From assembly GCA_964106645.2 (NCBI GenBank), contig OZ067041.1: DNA of 64,000 nucleotides. One strand, written 5' to 3'. Positions 36,122 through 49,743 of the stretch are shown here, piece by piece. A program made the translations under genes and the position numbers. Origin of the DNA: Podarcis pityusensis (lineage: Eukaryota). The notes beneath the pieces were generated by a model. The model was not told where the DNA came from, ran no database searches, and worked only from the letters and a program-made list of their open reading frames with translations. The number at the start of each line of letters is the position of its first letter. Positions within the stretch are counted from its first letter, which is position 1.

Positions 36122-39100
36122 GTTAGTTTTTCCATCTTAGATTGTGTCAGACATGGCTTTTGAAGCAAGGTGAAGTCTCCTTTTATCAGAGCCGAAGAGC
36201 GCAGATGTGTCATTGAAGTGATTCGTTTGGTCACTGAAGGGAGCTACTGCTGTTCTTTAGGATTGAGTGATTGACCAAAGTGGTCTTGATTAAGTGACTG
36301 AAGCCTCACAAACGTGTCCAGACTTAACTTACTCTTTAGTTTTTGTTCCCAAGTAAGGATTTGATCTATTAATGCCCATGCAAGCATACCGCAGCATCAA
36401 CTTTTAATGTTGATAGGCATGTGTCTCCCATATTGGTCTCTACAGCCACAGCAGGTGCTGTAACTCAACCAATGGTTTGACTTTACCCCCATCTTCCAAA
36501 AGTGCAGTCCTTAATTATTTCCTGAGACAAATGGATGCCAACAATTGTTTGCTATTTGCGCTGATTAACAACAGTACAAAAAAAATTGACTCCCTCCTCA
36601 ATAAAAAATAAAAATACATGCTAAAATATGCAGTCACAGATTTAAATATCCCATTTCACCTGTCCCACACCCAGTTGTTCAACACTGCACAGAAGTCAGG
36701 CAAAGCAGTATTATCCGTTAAAGTTTATAAATTAAGCTGCTGCTAAAGGCATAAGCTCGTAAAACAGTTGTGGCCCCAACAGGAACATGTAGTTACTAAT
36801 GCAAGAAATGTGGTTTAAATTGCATGAGATTTTTAAAAAACAGGTTTGTACTTAAGAATACAGAACATTTATATGGTGATTTTTTTTAGGAGTTCAAAGT
36901 GCTTCATGAAAATTACCTGTAATCCTTAGAAAAGCCATTAAAAGTTAGTCACTATTATTGTTCCCATATTGCGACTTCAGGATGGGAGAGAATGACTTGC
37001 CTGGTGTGTTCATGGCTGGAGTAAGATTTCAGCTGGCTTGCAGCTCTTGCTCTTAGCTACATTTGGTTTCTTTAATAATCTTTTAAGATAATTATATTAC
37101 CATCATGTTTCATGCTTTGGGATCACCTAGCTGGGAAATGAGCCTGGATCTGTCTAAATGTACACCATAAACCTACTGTTCACTGTGCTGGCCGCTAATG
37201 AATTGAAGCTTGTTACAGTTGATTAAGTGGCCCACTGAAAGCCATAAGGAGATGGTGAAGAGTGTGGGCACAGAGTATACTCTATTTCTAAATTACTATG
37301 CACCTGGCATGAGGCCAGTGTAAGGAGAACTCACTCCAATTTAGATATACAGAGATAGATAATAGGGAAAAAATGTTCTGACCTTTTGAGCTGTTGGAAA
37401 CAAGGCACTTTTTGCTTCCCTCTCACTTTTGTAATGTGCATGTCCTTCAGAGATATAAATGTGCATATGGAATGATGCATCATTATTAAGTGCAGTTTCC
37501 TTTCAGTTTATTGTTTCAAGGGTACTGTCTTTTCTTCTCTTCCTTCACTACCTTTCTGATAACAAACAAAAACTGCATCTGTTTTGGCTTTGATTTCTGC
37601 CCTATTTCTAAAGAGCTACTGGTTTACATTTGTGCTTCAGTTCAGCTCAGAAGTCTGACCTTAGAATTCAAAATTATTGAATGCACAACTGCCATTTTGC
37701 TTCCCTTATGATTATTGCTAAATAGCAAATTAACATTATTTGATGGGCAATTGTGATTGGCTACAAACTGGTATATTTTTTTAATACTAAAAATTGAATT
37801 ATTTTATGGCACTAAGTAATACAAATCAGCAGGATCCAGAAAATATTTTGGGGTAAAGATTATAAATGTTCATTTTTCTGAAATCTCTGTTTTCTGAAAT
37901 CAGGCAAACTCTGTCATTCAGCCAGAGGAGATCAGCCATAGTCTTCATGAGAATTGGTGCTTAGTTAGCATTTAACACATGCTTTCTAGGCACTGGTCCA
38001 AATGGTTTTCCATTTGCCCTGCTGCTTTCCCAGGAAAAACCATCTCTTTACCGCTGAATCAGAGCAAATGTCAATCCACAGAAAATCCAATTGACCTTTG
38101 CTCCAGTCCAGCAGTAAAGAGGGGTTTTTCCCTTGGGGAAAGCAGCAGGACAAGAGTAAGTGTGGACAAGCCCAGAACTGGCAACAGGCAGAGCAACTTG
38201 GCAACCACAATCAGTGGCAGGAGTAATGAGGCTAGAACTTCAATCTTTTTACAACACTGGACAAATGAATTTATATCAGTATATTCAATACGAAAAGAAT
38301 GTTCCTCATGTGCTAGTATTAACAGGGTGTTTTTTTCTAAAGGCCCTGGTCTCTGAAGCAAAGAAATGTAATTTAAAATAATTTTATTCAAAAGCAGGCA
38401 GCTTAATAAGGTAATTCACTACTTCTGCACTTGGCGAGAATGCAAGCACAAAAAGGTTAAATGAAAAGTAAAGAGCCAAAGAAAGAAGCAGCATTTTATA
38501 ATAACCTTCTATATATGTGCAATATTTAATGGAAAAAACAAAGGGTGATGTAATACCTTCACAAAATAGATTTGTGCTGCTTTTCATCCCATATCAAAAT
38601 TAACCAGATGAGTATTAATGCAAACGCAAATAGCCTAGTTGATTGCAGGCATTTGCCTGCTTAATATTTTAAGTTGTTTTTAATTTATGCAGTGCTTTAA
38701 CATGATAAATAGTAATTGAAAGTTACTTTGTGAAATGTCTTGGTGTGTGTCATAAGCAATGCTTAAAGTCATTATAATTGGACTGAACTACAAGGCTTTT
38801 GGAACAGTCCAGATCTGGCTGTCGGACCTTAGACTATATTTGGTTCCCGTTATTGTCCCATCTATTTCTCCCTAGATGTTTGAGCACAAAAGGGAGATTC
38901 TCACCTGGCAGGTGCCTCAGTGAAAGGGAAACAGGAAGCTGTTTCATACTCATTTCAAGCTGAGAGAAGGTTATGCCATGGGTATTGATTTTGTCCTAGC
39001 CAGAGCCTGGTCCAGATCAGTGGGTTGTACTGATAAGGTCCCAGGTTCAGTCTGTGGTATTTCAAAGGGATGGTGCTGATTAGCGTAGACCAGGCTTCCA

Positions 39101-40244
39101 CAATATGGTGTCCTCCAGATGTTATTGGACTACATCAGGGGTGGTTTTAGGGTAACACAACCAGTATGGCTGTACTGGTTGCCACACTGCAGGAGGTGCC
39201 AAAACAGTGTAGAACAGAGCACAAGAGTGAAGAAATCGTATACCCACCTGGTACCCAGGCAAATCTTTAATTCCTTTTTCCGGATTACTTCTGTAGCAAT
39301 AAACATTATTTTTTTTTGTATAGGAAAAATCTACTTCCACAGTCCCTTTAACCACTTTATTAACAATGCATAGTTGCTGCAAGGTCTTACTTCCAGATGC
39401 AGCCAGATGGCTGTCTAAGTATCTGGCCTAATTGTCTCGAGACACGATAGTCAGCTCCTTTGACTCTTTTCTCCTTGCCTCCCCCTTCATCAATTTGTTG
39501 CATAATTATTGGGAGACTAATTGCCTACCCTTTTTATTCTGTGTGTCACCTGATCTATGCCTGCTAATAAGCTCATCTGGCTTTGGAACTGAGGCCTTCC
39601 TAATCCAATATCGCATCTGGCCCTCAGGTGGTAATATATTCTATTAGCAATATCATTATACCATGGAGCTTTTGCAGTGTCTTTCATGATGGGCAGCCAC
39701 CCATCTCAAGTGGACTGAACAGAAAAGATAATTTACAAAGCTATGTTTGTCTTTACCACCTTCCCCAGATGGCCAAGTGGGATGTGTTCCACAGGTCCAA
39801 TGTCATCCATCTGTCAGACTTGGGGAATGATACTTGACTTTCAGGCATTGGTTCCAGGTTGCAGGATAAGCTGCATATTACAGTAGTTTGACTGTAATGT
39901 AGTGTGGTGCTGGAGAGACAGGCAGGATCCCTATTTGAGGAAGAAGTGGAATTGGGCTTCTTGCTCTCTCATTCAAAGGTGGGACAATCCACACCAGGGT
40001 CTGATACTATTGCCATGTCCCTGGGTGTTTGGGTAGCAGCCGTGGGAATAGCTCAGGTTGTCAGAGACTCCTGTTTTCCACCTTCCAGTGTTTACTCAGC
40101 AAACAGGCTGGGCTACTTCTGGGAGCTTCCATGAATGCAGGATGGACAAACATCAGTTTCTCATTTCCAATTCCCAATCTTAAATCCAGTTCTCTATATT
40201 TCGTCATCAGTTTGAAATGCAGAACTTTAGTGCACATTTTCCAT

Positions 40245-40538
40245 AATCTCAGGGATGATTCACACCCTGGCCGGCACTGTCTTGATCTCCTGCCCTCAGG
40301 CAGAAGATATAGAAGCATGATTAGTCGCACCAACAGGGTAAAGAACAGCTTCTATCTGTGGGCTGTTAGGCTGCTGAATGAAAAGATAACAACAGGGCAA
40401 CTGACTTTCGGGTTTGGTGCGTGTGTGTCAGTAAATGAGGGGAATTAAGACTAAGAGAGCTGAGTGGGGGGTGCTTGTGTAATCTCACTGTATACAAGTT
40501 GTACAAGTGACAATAAAGTATTTCAATTTTTCGATTTC
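40245..40538 (+). mobile_element. Rex1/Babar-clade LINE 3' end
   Basis: LRDDSHPGRHCLDLLPSGRRYRSMISRTNRVKNSFYLWAVRLLN matches the Rex1 C-terminal HP..LLPSGRRYRS..T.R..NSF...A.RLLN motif; 3' UTR ends TGACAATAAAG plus short repeats. Confidence 0.85.
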
Positions 40539-43500
40539 AACATACACATTTTTAAAACAATTTCACCTAATATAATGCATTTTTGCATGATTCTTAAACT
40601 AATATATGCATTTTATGCAGAATTTTTGTGCACATGGCTTGGTTGGAGAACTGCATCACATAAATTTAGAAAAGCATGAAGTTTTAATTTTTTTCCCCAT
40701 CTCTACCTGGTTCAAAAGATCCCTTTCTGGTAGTGAAGGGGCAAAGCCATTTGTCCCCAGTACCACTTTATAACAAAAATATAGAAGGTCTTGTTTGGAT
40801 TATTGTGTGCATGTGTGTGTGTTTTATGCTTAGTTTGAAGTGCATTAATGTCAAGTAAGAAGAATTGTTTCACCCATAGATGGTTCTGCCTCTTTCTTTC
40901 TCTGCCTCAAACTGCCAGTATTCTAATAAAAAGCTCCAACTTAATTTTGATCAAAATCATAGTATACAGCTATCAGATTTATTGGTTTGGGGTTATTGTC
41001 TGTATTACTCTATAATATCCTAAGAGATCTTTTACCATTATGAGGGCCATTGATCCTAGTTTCACAATTTGACATGGGTTTATATGACTCTATTGACCTT
41101 GACATATGGCACAGAAGTGAAGTAACTGAGAAGAGAATCATTTTTGAGTAAGCAGGAAAACATAATAGGCTATAATCCTGAAACCTCTTATTCAGAAGTA
41201 GCCTGGCAGACTTTGTGGGATTTCCTATCATAAAGTAATTTCAGAGTGGCAGCTGTAACCTTTCAGATTGCTCATTCACTTATTCCAATGATAAAGTGTA
41301 TCTCTCTGGATAGTGGCAATATCTTCCAGTCTAGCTCCCTCAAAATGCCTTGCTGAGTCTTCAGGGGAAGAGAGATTGACTGCAAAAGAATTCCAGCGAA
41401 GGGCCTGAAGCACTCTTCATTAAGATGCCAACCACAAGATACCAGTCGCCATATTAGCTAAAGCGAGATCGTGCAATTTTATTTTACTTTTTGCCAAAGA
41501 AAAGGTTGCAGATAAATGCACATTAGGCTTCTTTTTTGAAAATTGCACTTGTAGCCTACAAGTACCCTGCTGCTTGGATAAATTCATTCATATCAGAAAT
41601 TAAGATGTTGTTGTATAATATCATCAAACCTAAGTATTCATGGAATTGTTGCCATGTATACAGTGGAACAATAAACAGAGAGCCTGGTTGTGATGCATTG
41701 CTTGTGAGAGTTCTTCTGAACTAATGTTTTGAGGCAATGTATAATTGGTTATAAAATTAGCATGTTCATAAGATGCTAAGCAGTGTAACTGGCTAGTGGT
41801 AAGCCACAGTGTAGTAATTATGTATTGGCATTAAAGAGGGCCTAATCTGCTGTGGCACCCCCATTATGTAACCACATTGGTAGAGAAAGATGTCTGTTAT
41901 GATTCATTTTTCAGGAATTTTTAATTGCAAGTCATTTTCCCCCAACTGTTTTAGTGCTTTTAGTAAAGACTCTTGACAGAAAATTGACTGAGCTGATGCT
42001 CAGGGAGTGAAGGTGTTGGAAGGAAATACAGGCCACAATATATTGAATGCAATATACAGACCCCAGAATTCAAAGAGTAGTGTGATTGGGTTGCGTTTCA
42101 GCTTACTTTAATGTGTCCTGGAGAAGGAAGGAGGGACCCTGAGGGACTACCAAACCACATTGTTGGGATAACAAAGGATACACTCAAATTATGCCGTAAT
42201 CAATATTGGATGTGGATGGCCCACTATCTGTCCAGTCAAATGACAGCATTGGTTAAAAGGCAGGTAAAGATATAAACTTGACAGGAACATGCCAGGGGGA
42301 GATCAGGCAGGTCATGACCTTACCATGGTTATGGCCTTACTTTCTCCGGCACCTCCTGAGGCCCTCATACCAGCAGAGGGCTAATTGCTTATCCCATGTG
42401 CTACTTGTCAGTACTCATCCTTGCTATGGCTGCCTGTTCACTTGCCCATGCCAAGCATGCAAACTGTGATGAAAGCAAGGTGAAGAATCAGCAACTTTCA
42501 CTTTCCTTGCCTTCTGGACATTGGTATGCGTTTGGCTCACAGCGATAGGGCAAGGAAATCAGCATTGGCTTGGTGGCAATTGGCAGAAGGTGGACCCACA
42601 CAGAACATCTTGCTGAAGCCCTCCCCTTGCCCTGCCCCCCCCCCCAAATCCAGAACCAACACTGGTTGGAGGGAAAGCAGCTAACGCAGCACTAGCTCAT
42701 CTGTGCAAAATTTTAAGAGCCTCTGTACCTAGCCATTGTCTTAGAGGCATTCACATTGGCCTGGTGACTAGTGAGCAGCAGAGCATGTCCTGCAGGCCCA
42801 TTCAATATCTGTTCTGGCTTCATTTTCTGTACCTTCAAGGGGAGGGTTTGGCATCTTGGTTTATTTCATAAAGCAAGTGACTGAATCTAGACTCCATGAT
42901 TTCAAAGTATTTGGCACCTTGCATAATGATAGGGATAGTATAAATGAGAAAATGTGTTGAAATCTGAATTTCAGGCACTTTAGTTATCAGGAAATTATTC
43001 TTAAAATAAAAGTGATAAGCAAAGATGATTAAAATGAATACAGTTTAGAAGAGAGATAACAATTCTGCTAGTAACTGAAGCATATTCTATGAAAAAAAAT
43101 AATTACAGAGATTTAATTTTGCATGACTGGTGATGTGGGAAACGTTTTACACTGAATTTACTGGTGCCAAATGTTGTATTTTTATATTACATGCATTGTT
43201 TTGATTTCATCTTTGTTTCTGCTTGAATGTCTCACATAGGACAATTAGCAGCAATGGTTCTCTAAACAAACATTTCATCCTTGTTTCTAATATGATATTT
43301 ATAAAATTGATTGACATATCAATAATATTATATGGGATTTCCTTCAAATGTACATCTAATCTTTTTGCTTATTGCTGCTTTCTCATCTGTGTTTTAACAC
43401 TTGTAAGTAAATTTTTAGTCTGTTGTCCTTAGAAACGACATACTTGAATTATAATTATATCTTATCTCTTTGAATTGATGGAGAGGATATATACTATTTA

Positions 43501-44752
43501 AAACTTGACACATATTTAATGATATCAATACTGTACAATATCAATACTGAATATTGTGGGCAGAAAATAAATAAATGTTGGGTTGTTATCAAGTATACAT
43601 TTGCTTTAACAGGAAATGCTTCTGTACAAACGAGTTGGACTACCCGATTTCTACTGAATCTCAACCCCCCTTCCTACTAACCCCAATCCATTTAGGGCTC
43701 TCATTCCCTCCAGAACACAATGGCATGTGGTGCAGAAGGTTGCAGCAGGTATGGGGGGAACTGGCAAAGAAGAAGAAGAGTGTGCTCCAACTTGTGCAAG
43801 TAGAAGCATTTTCTGCTAAGACAAACACCATTGGATAAAACCCAGTATCATGAAACAGTTTCCCTCTGCACTTCTACACACAGCTTTCACTATCAGGACA
43901 CTCATCTGATATTTCAGCTATCCAACTAATTCAGATAGCTGAACAGCCAGAGTTTGCCCACTTCCTTGTGTGTGTTTTACTGGCTGGCTGCAGCAGTTTC
44001 AGGCAGAAACCAGGGAAGGAGGGAGATTGAACAAATCATGGATTAGAAATATTTCCATAGGAGACAATGGAAATCGTCAGCTCATCTAATGAACAATTTC
44101 CTAGGAATGCATTGTGTTTTGAAAGTGGAACCTGTGTGTATATGCTGGTTTTCTTTTTCCAAAAATTATTAGACAACAGCCCATCTATTATTAAGAGTAT
44201 TAACTGGTTTTCCCACTTTACTCACATTGCACATAGTTGGGCAGGTTGAGAAGCTTTTGTGCAGGATTACAGTTTTGGACAATCAATAAATGTGACTTCA
44301 CTTGTTATGTGAATGAGTTCTGAGTGTGTCAATTCCCCCCCCCCCCCATTTTCTGGTGCAGACATGAAGAAGAGAGAGGAAATGTTTGCTTTCACATTTA
44401 ACTTAACTCAGTTTAGTATTATGACTGAACTTGAGCAAACTGTGTTTGGTCTTAACTTTGGTTTCCCAAAACAAACCAACTTCAGAGGGTAGTTTACAAA
44501 GATGCTTGTCTCAATAATCCACAGATAGCATTACTCACTTTAGCGTTTAGAGGTAATGCTGAACTGTGGTTAAATGAAAATGAAAACCTTGCTTTGTGGA
44601 TGCAACAGAGCTTGCGTTATGTTGGTGCATATACTGAATACAGTAACTGTCTCAAAGCTTTTATTCTGAGCTACTTGTTCTCCAGCATCTCTGATAAGAA
44701 CGATAATGATAAAGTATATATAGTTTCTGGATTTTGAAAGAAACTAAGCCTG

Positions 44753-45018
44753 AGCTCCCGTTGCTCGGTCCATGCTCCTGCCAACCTAGCAGTTCGAAAG
44801 CACGTCAAAGTACAAGTAGATAAATAGGTACCACTCCGGCGGGAAGGTAAACGGCGTTTCCGTGCGCTGCTCTGGTTCGCCAGAAGCAGCTTAGTCATGT
44901 TGGCCACATGACCCGGAAGCTGTACGCCAGCTCCCTCGGCTAATAAAGCGAGATGAGCGCCGCAACCCCAGAGTCATTCACAAATGGACCTAATGGTCAG
45001 GGGTCCCTTTACCTTTAC
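44753..45018 (+). mobile_element. Sauria SINE, 5'-truncated
   Basis: Closely matches the reverse complement of the 18820 copy; ACCTTT tail; TSD CTAAGCCTG at 44744-44752 and 45019-45027. Confidence 0.93.
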
Positions 45019-45493
45019 CTAAGCCTGTATTATAGAGCTCATTCCCAACTTAAATGAGTATCCTCCTTCACCTCAGAATTTTGAGTTGATTTTCAAACTG
45101 ATGAAATAGCCCTCCACTAACAAGCAAGATTCATTGGCTTGATGCCTTATGTCATTCAGGATCTAGTAATACTTGGTGCACTTTTAAAATTTTATTCTGT
45201 GCAGCTTACTAACTACCAATTAGAGCTATACTTCAGTGCTGCAATCTTTGTATGGCAGGGGTATGTGTTTGGATCATTAGTTATTCAGCTTGAGTCTGCT
45301 ATTCTACCTTTAGGTTTTTCTTTAAAAAAAAAAAAAACCTAACTGGGGATTTCATCATCCCATAAAAATCTCAATTCTTATATGTCTTGTTAGTTAAAAG
45401 AACAAAAAAAATATTTTTGCACATAGCGGCTTGTGCTAGAGAGTCTTGTGTTACTTGTACAGAGATAATGATATTGCTCTTTTTATGACTCAG

Positions 45494-45530
45494 GCAAAAT
45501 CGATTTCCAAGCTTATGAAGCTGGGGGAAG
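45494..45530 (+). CDS. Candidate 37-nt exon
   Basis: Acceptor TTGCTCTTTTTATGACTCAG, strong donor AAG|GTGAGA; readings AKSISKLMKLGE (phase 0), xKIDFQAYEAGG (phase 1) or xQNRFPSL* (phase 2); TGCATG about 65 nt downstream. Confidence 0.4.
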
Positions 45531-47296
45531 GTGAGACTCAAGATGCAAATTCATCCCATCTGCTTCTATGGATTTGGGAGTTATTTACTTTGTTGCATGA
45601 GATGCAATGACAGCCAGTCTTCGTTGCATAAGTTCTGTTTCTATTTATAATTGCTGTTAGGCTGGAACAGCCTTAGCTAATGGACACATTCAGATCATAC
45701 CTCCTTATGTGATATTCCTTGTTTCTTTAAGGATCTGAAATATCCCATTCATCAACTATTGCCTGTCATGATGAGCTCTTAAGATTCAGACAATCAGCTG
45801 TCGTAATATACCTTGCAATACAGTTATTTTCAACTCTTAAATTAGAAAAGGGAGGAGGACAAGAGAACTTTATTCACCAGCTCTAGGAAGCTCTGACACA
45901 TCTGAAAGTTAATTATTTTTCTAGCCACCAAAGGAGAATTTTGGCCATAAATCACACCAAAACGTCTTAGCACACTGTGTTGAGGATTACAGTTGATTTG
46001 CTGCAGTTACTGATGGTCAAAATGAACAGCTTCAAAAATGTAGACCCTGTTAGTGAACTCAATCCAGGTTGTCAACATTATGTTGAAAGGTTTACGTATT
46101 ACTAACATTACAACTCAAGGTTATTCAGTTTTGAAGGCTGTAAGTACATTGAGCAGTAGTAATTAACAAGATGCAGGAATATAAGGTTCTTGGGTACAAA
46201 GGAGACTAATGAAAGGCTGAATCCCCTGTTCCTTTTGTACCATACAATGTCAGTCATTTGAGACTAATAATGGAATATAACAAAGTGGAACAAAAGTAGG
46301 GATGCAAGTATTTTGCCAATAAACTCTGCAGGGTTTTTTAAAAGTACTTTTGTAGTCAATATATGAGGGAAAAGATATTTTTATTTGAACAGAATAAGAA
46401 AACCACCTCAAACAGCAACAAAAAAAACCCTCAAACAGTAAACCTTCTTGCAAAGTAATGGAAACCCTATTACACCGGGAAATTAACCCCAAAGGAACAA
46501 TTACCCCCACCAGACCTTCACCCACATACAACATTCAATCCAACCATAGGATGCCTCAGCAGTTTTTGTCCATCATCCTCTTCCCCCTCGACACATTGCT
46601 CTGCACTATTTGCACCTGCCTCAACCAGGTGGGGCTGGATATCCCCACGGACACCACCTGTGGCTCCTAATCAGGGCATTTAGCTCCAGCTTGGCCACAC
46701 ATGAAGGCAGGAGTGCTCCTGCAAGGACTCAAAGGAAGGATTGACTACGTAAGGCCAATCCTACACCTCCTCGATTTTTTCTTTCTTCCACATTTTCCAC
46801 TACAGCAAGGCAAAATGCCTGTCCTTGACATGGGAGATTCATTCATATCTCAAGGGAGCCATATGTCATATTATTTTTCCCCAACATGACAGTTAATCAT
46901 CACCTCAGAAAAGTATATACAAAACATCAGGGAAGTGACTCAAGTGACTTCATATACACTGCCAGCATGTCCATTGGAAATGTGAACTCCTCATTAACTT
47001 CCATGCACTGTACTTCTCATTGTGCAATCTACACTTGAGCAGACCTTTAAGCTTGTCCTTCTAGGTTGGATATTTTCACATATTGTCACCTGTACAACAT
47101 CTCCAAATTTCAGCCAGTTAACACTTAAAATTTTCCTGCTAGAAACAGAAAACTGCCTTTGGTATAAAATGCCACAGAAATGCAATGATTTTTGCTATTG
47201 GGGTGTGTTTATTATCCAAAGCAATGTTTGTGGATTGGGGTAATAAAACACCCCTTCATTTTTTCATAGCAAATGATTAAGAAAAGCTTAAGAAAG

Positions 47297-47820
47297 TGTC
47301 AGGAGGTCCGCTCATCCTCATTGGTGGGCAGTGTTGCGGCCAGGCCCTGAACCCATAAGAAATCCAACAAATGGTAGGCCAGATCACCCAGCTGCTGGCT
47401 ATTGGCCAATGCTGGCTGCCCTTGGATGGGCGTTCCCCTGGCAGCGGGCCAAACCAGCCAATGGGGATGCTTGGGCCCACTCCCAGGGGTCGTTAAATTG
47501 CAGCCTGCCCTGCAGTCTTTCCTTCCTTTTTTGTCGGATCTCCTGCCCACCCTCCTTCATTCTGTTTGCTTTTACTTGTACTTTGACCTTGCTAAGGACC
47601 AAGTCGGCCACCATATTCAGGGCTGGGCAGGAATTTTCCCATTTGGCAAATTGACACCAGCCATCTGGTTTTTGCCTACCTTGTAGCAATTGTCACAACT
47701 TTGTAAGGCTGTTAGGCATTGGGTAAACCTAGATCTTTGGTGGAGGGGAGGTGGTAGTAGCCTCTGTCTGCCCCTCCTTTGGAAAAAGGGTATCCAGTTA
47801 AAAGGATCTGGATAGGTCAC
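47297..47820 (+). mobile_element. DIRS/Ngaro-like non-autonomous element (copy 2, 3'-truncated)
   Basis: Shares TTGACCTTGCTA, GGCAGGAATTTTCCCATTTGGC and GGTTTTTGCCTACCTTGTAGCAATTGTCACAACT with the copies at 9439 and 53170. Confidence 0.55.
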
Positions 47821-49743
47821 TTTCTACTTTACTCTAAGAAGCTATTTTTTTGTTTCCTGGAATGGAATAGAGAGCTACGCATAAACATCAGTGGAAATTT
47901 AATGCCACTGGGATTGATGTTCATCTGCCATTGTTCCCCACAAACCCCCAAAATGTAAATGGCCGAAAACAAAAATGGAGAAAACAAAAATAAAACAGGA
48001 CAAATGGAACTGAGCATACTCGATGGGCTCAGAACGTTGACTGGCTTTTGTGGAAGGGAATCAAACCTGGAGAGGGATGGTGGATGGAATTCTAAATGGA
48101 AGCACTTCACAATGCAACATGAATGCCATGAAGTACCGCCTAACTACAGAGGTGCTTTTCTCTTTTTTAAGGCACAAATATTACTGGTAAGGGTTGAGAG
48201 TGCTCTAGCTCTAATACTGACAAAGCTTTCCAAGTGCCTCTGCTTATGTAGTGAAAATAAGAGGGAGGTATTGTCCAACTCAGGGTGACTCAGAGGTTTG
48301 CAGAAGTATGAAAAACCCCTATTGGGGCCACCTCAAAACAACCCCATAATAATTCAGTGGAACAGAACATGGAGTGACTGAGATCACAGTATTAATTTTG
48401 CAATCAATCAAACCATAGTTTGGAAAGTAGTCTGAATTCAGGCTATGATTTTATGACTCCACCTACAGATATAGGCCATGTCCCTGCCCTGTTTCCAAGA
48501 TCAGGAAGCCAACTTACAGAATCCTTAACCAATTTTGTGTAGTATAAAGTTCTATACTGAAGACATCTGGAAAAAGAAAGCAATCAAGATCCTACCATAC
48601 TGCTAACTGTATTTACACAGTTGTAGAAAAAAAATTGTAAAGTCAGTTCCACTACAGCTGTATCATAGATATAGATGTGTATGTACACACACGCACACAC
48701 ACACAATTTTTATTTTTGTGCTGAAATCTAGGAGGTAGAATCTTTCATTAAACAGAGTTACGCAAAAATAAATCATTTCCCCAGTTTGGTTATGGTGGAC
48801 TCAAACAGAGATTTCACAGCTTCCTAGATCCTTTCAGTTAGCCCTTTGGCACAGCTCTCCCAGAGTAGTGCTTGGGAACAAAAATAGAGGATATGATTGA
48901 TGAACCTGAAGAAAACACATAGGAAAAGGTGCTTTTTAGACAATAGCAATAAAAACAAAATGAAAGTACCGTAGATCATTTTAGCTCAGCTTCAGCTCTG
49001 TTTTAAATTATTTACAGCAATCTATAGAAGCATTAGCAACCACCATGAGAAGCAACCACTATGAAAAGCCGAACTCACAGAGTTAGCGTTAGAATTATTG
49101 AAAGAACCAAATACTTTAAATAATTTTTGCTCCAACATTTCATAAGTGAGAATGGTTACCTTTATTCCTAGGCAAAAGCTGTGTCTGAACAGCTACACAT
49201 AACTATTTTGTTTTAAAATGTAGACTACTGTGCACCTGGGGAAACTTCACACAGAAGCGACTATGGAACTGATATTTAAAGAACTTGGCTGTAGTGTCAC
49301 AAGCCAAGCCAATAGATGTCAATCTAAAGTCTATGGAGAAAAGCAAGTTAACGACTCAGAGAAACATGCTGGTTCTGTGTATTGCCCCCCCATACCCCCC
49401 ATACAAAAAATATTACTGATTCCTTCCTGAGAAAATCTAATTCCACAAAATCACTATGTTCAAGATGCTTCTTTTAATTCTTAAAATAAATTGAGATAAC
49501 TTAGCTGCAAGCAAAATGAGACCTGCTGTTATGTGATAATTATTAAATGGCGATCTTCGTAAGTTTTTGCTCTTTAACGGGTGTTACATTCAAGGATTAC
49601 CTTGGATGCCTTATTGATAATACCTGTTGTAATGAAAATTGCATTTATCAAGTAACCAATTTTCATGTGAAATGGGACTTTAGGTAGCTTAGCTTGATTG
49701 GCTAAAATAACAAGCAGGCTCAGATGCTGCTAGGCCATTAATA

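Noticed and set aside
38071-38391. Minus-strand ORF with acceptor-like site and long hydrophobic stretch
   Set aside because: No partner exons on the minus strand and no recognisable homology; Leu-rich stretches arise easily from pyrimidine-rich DNA.
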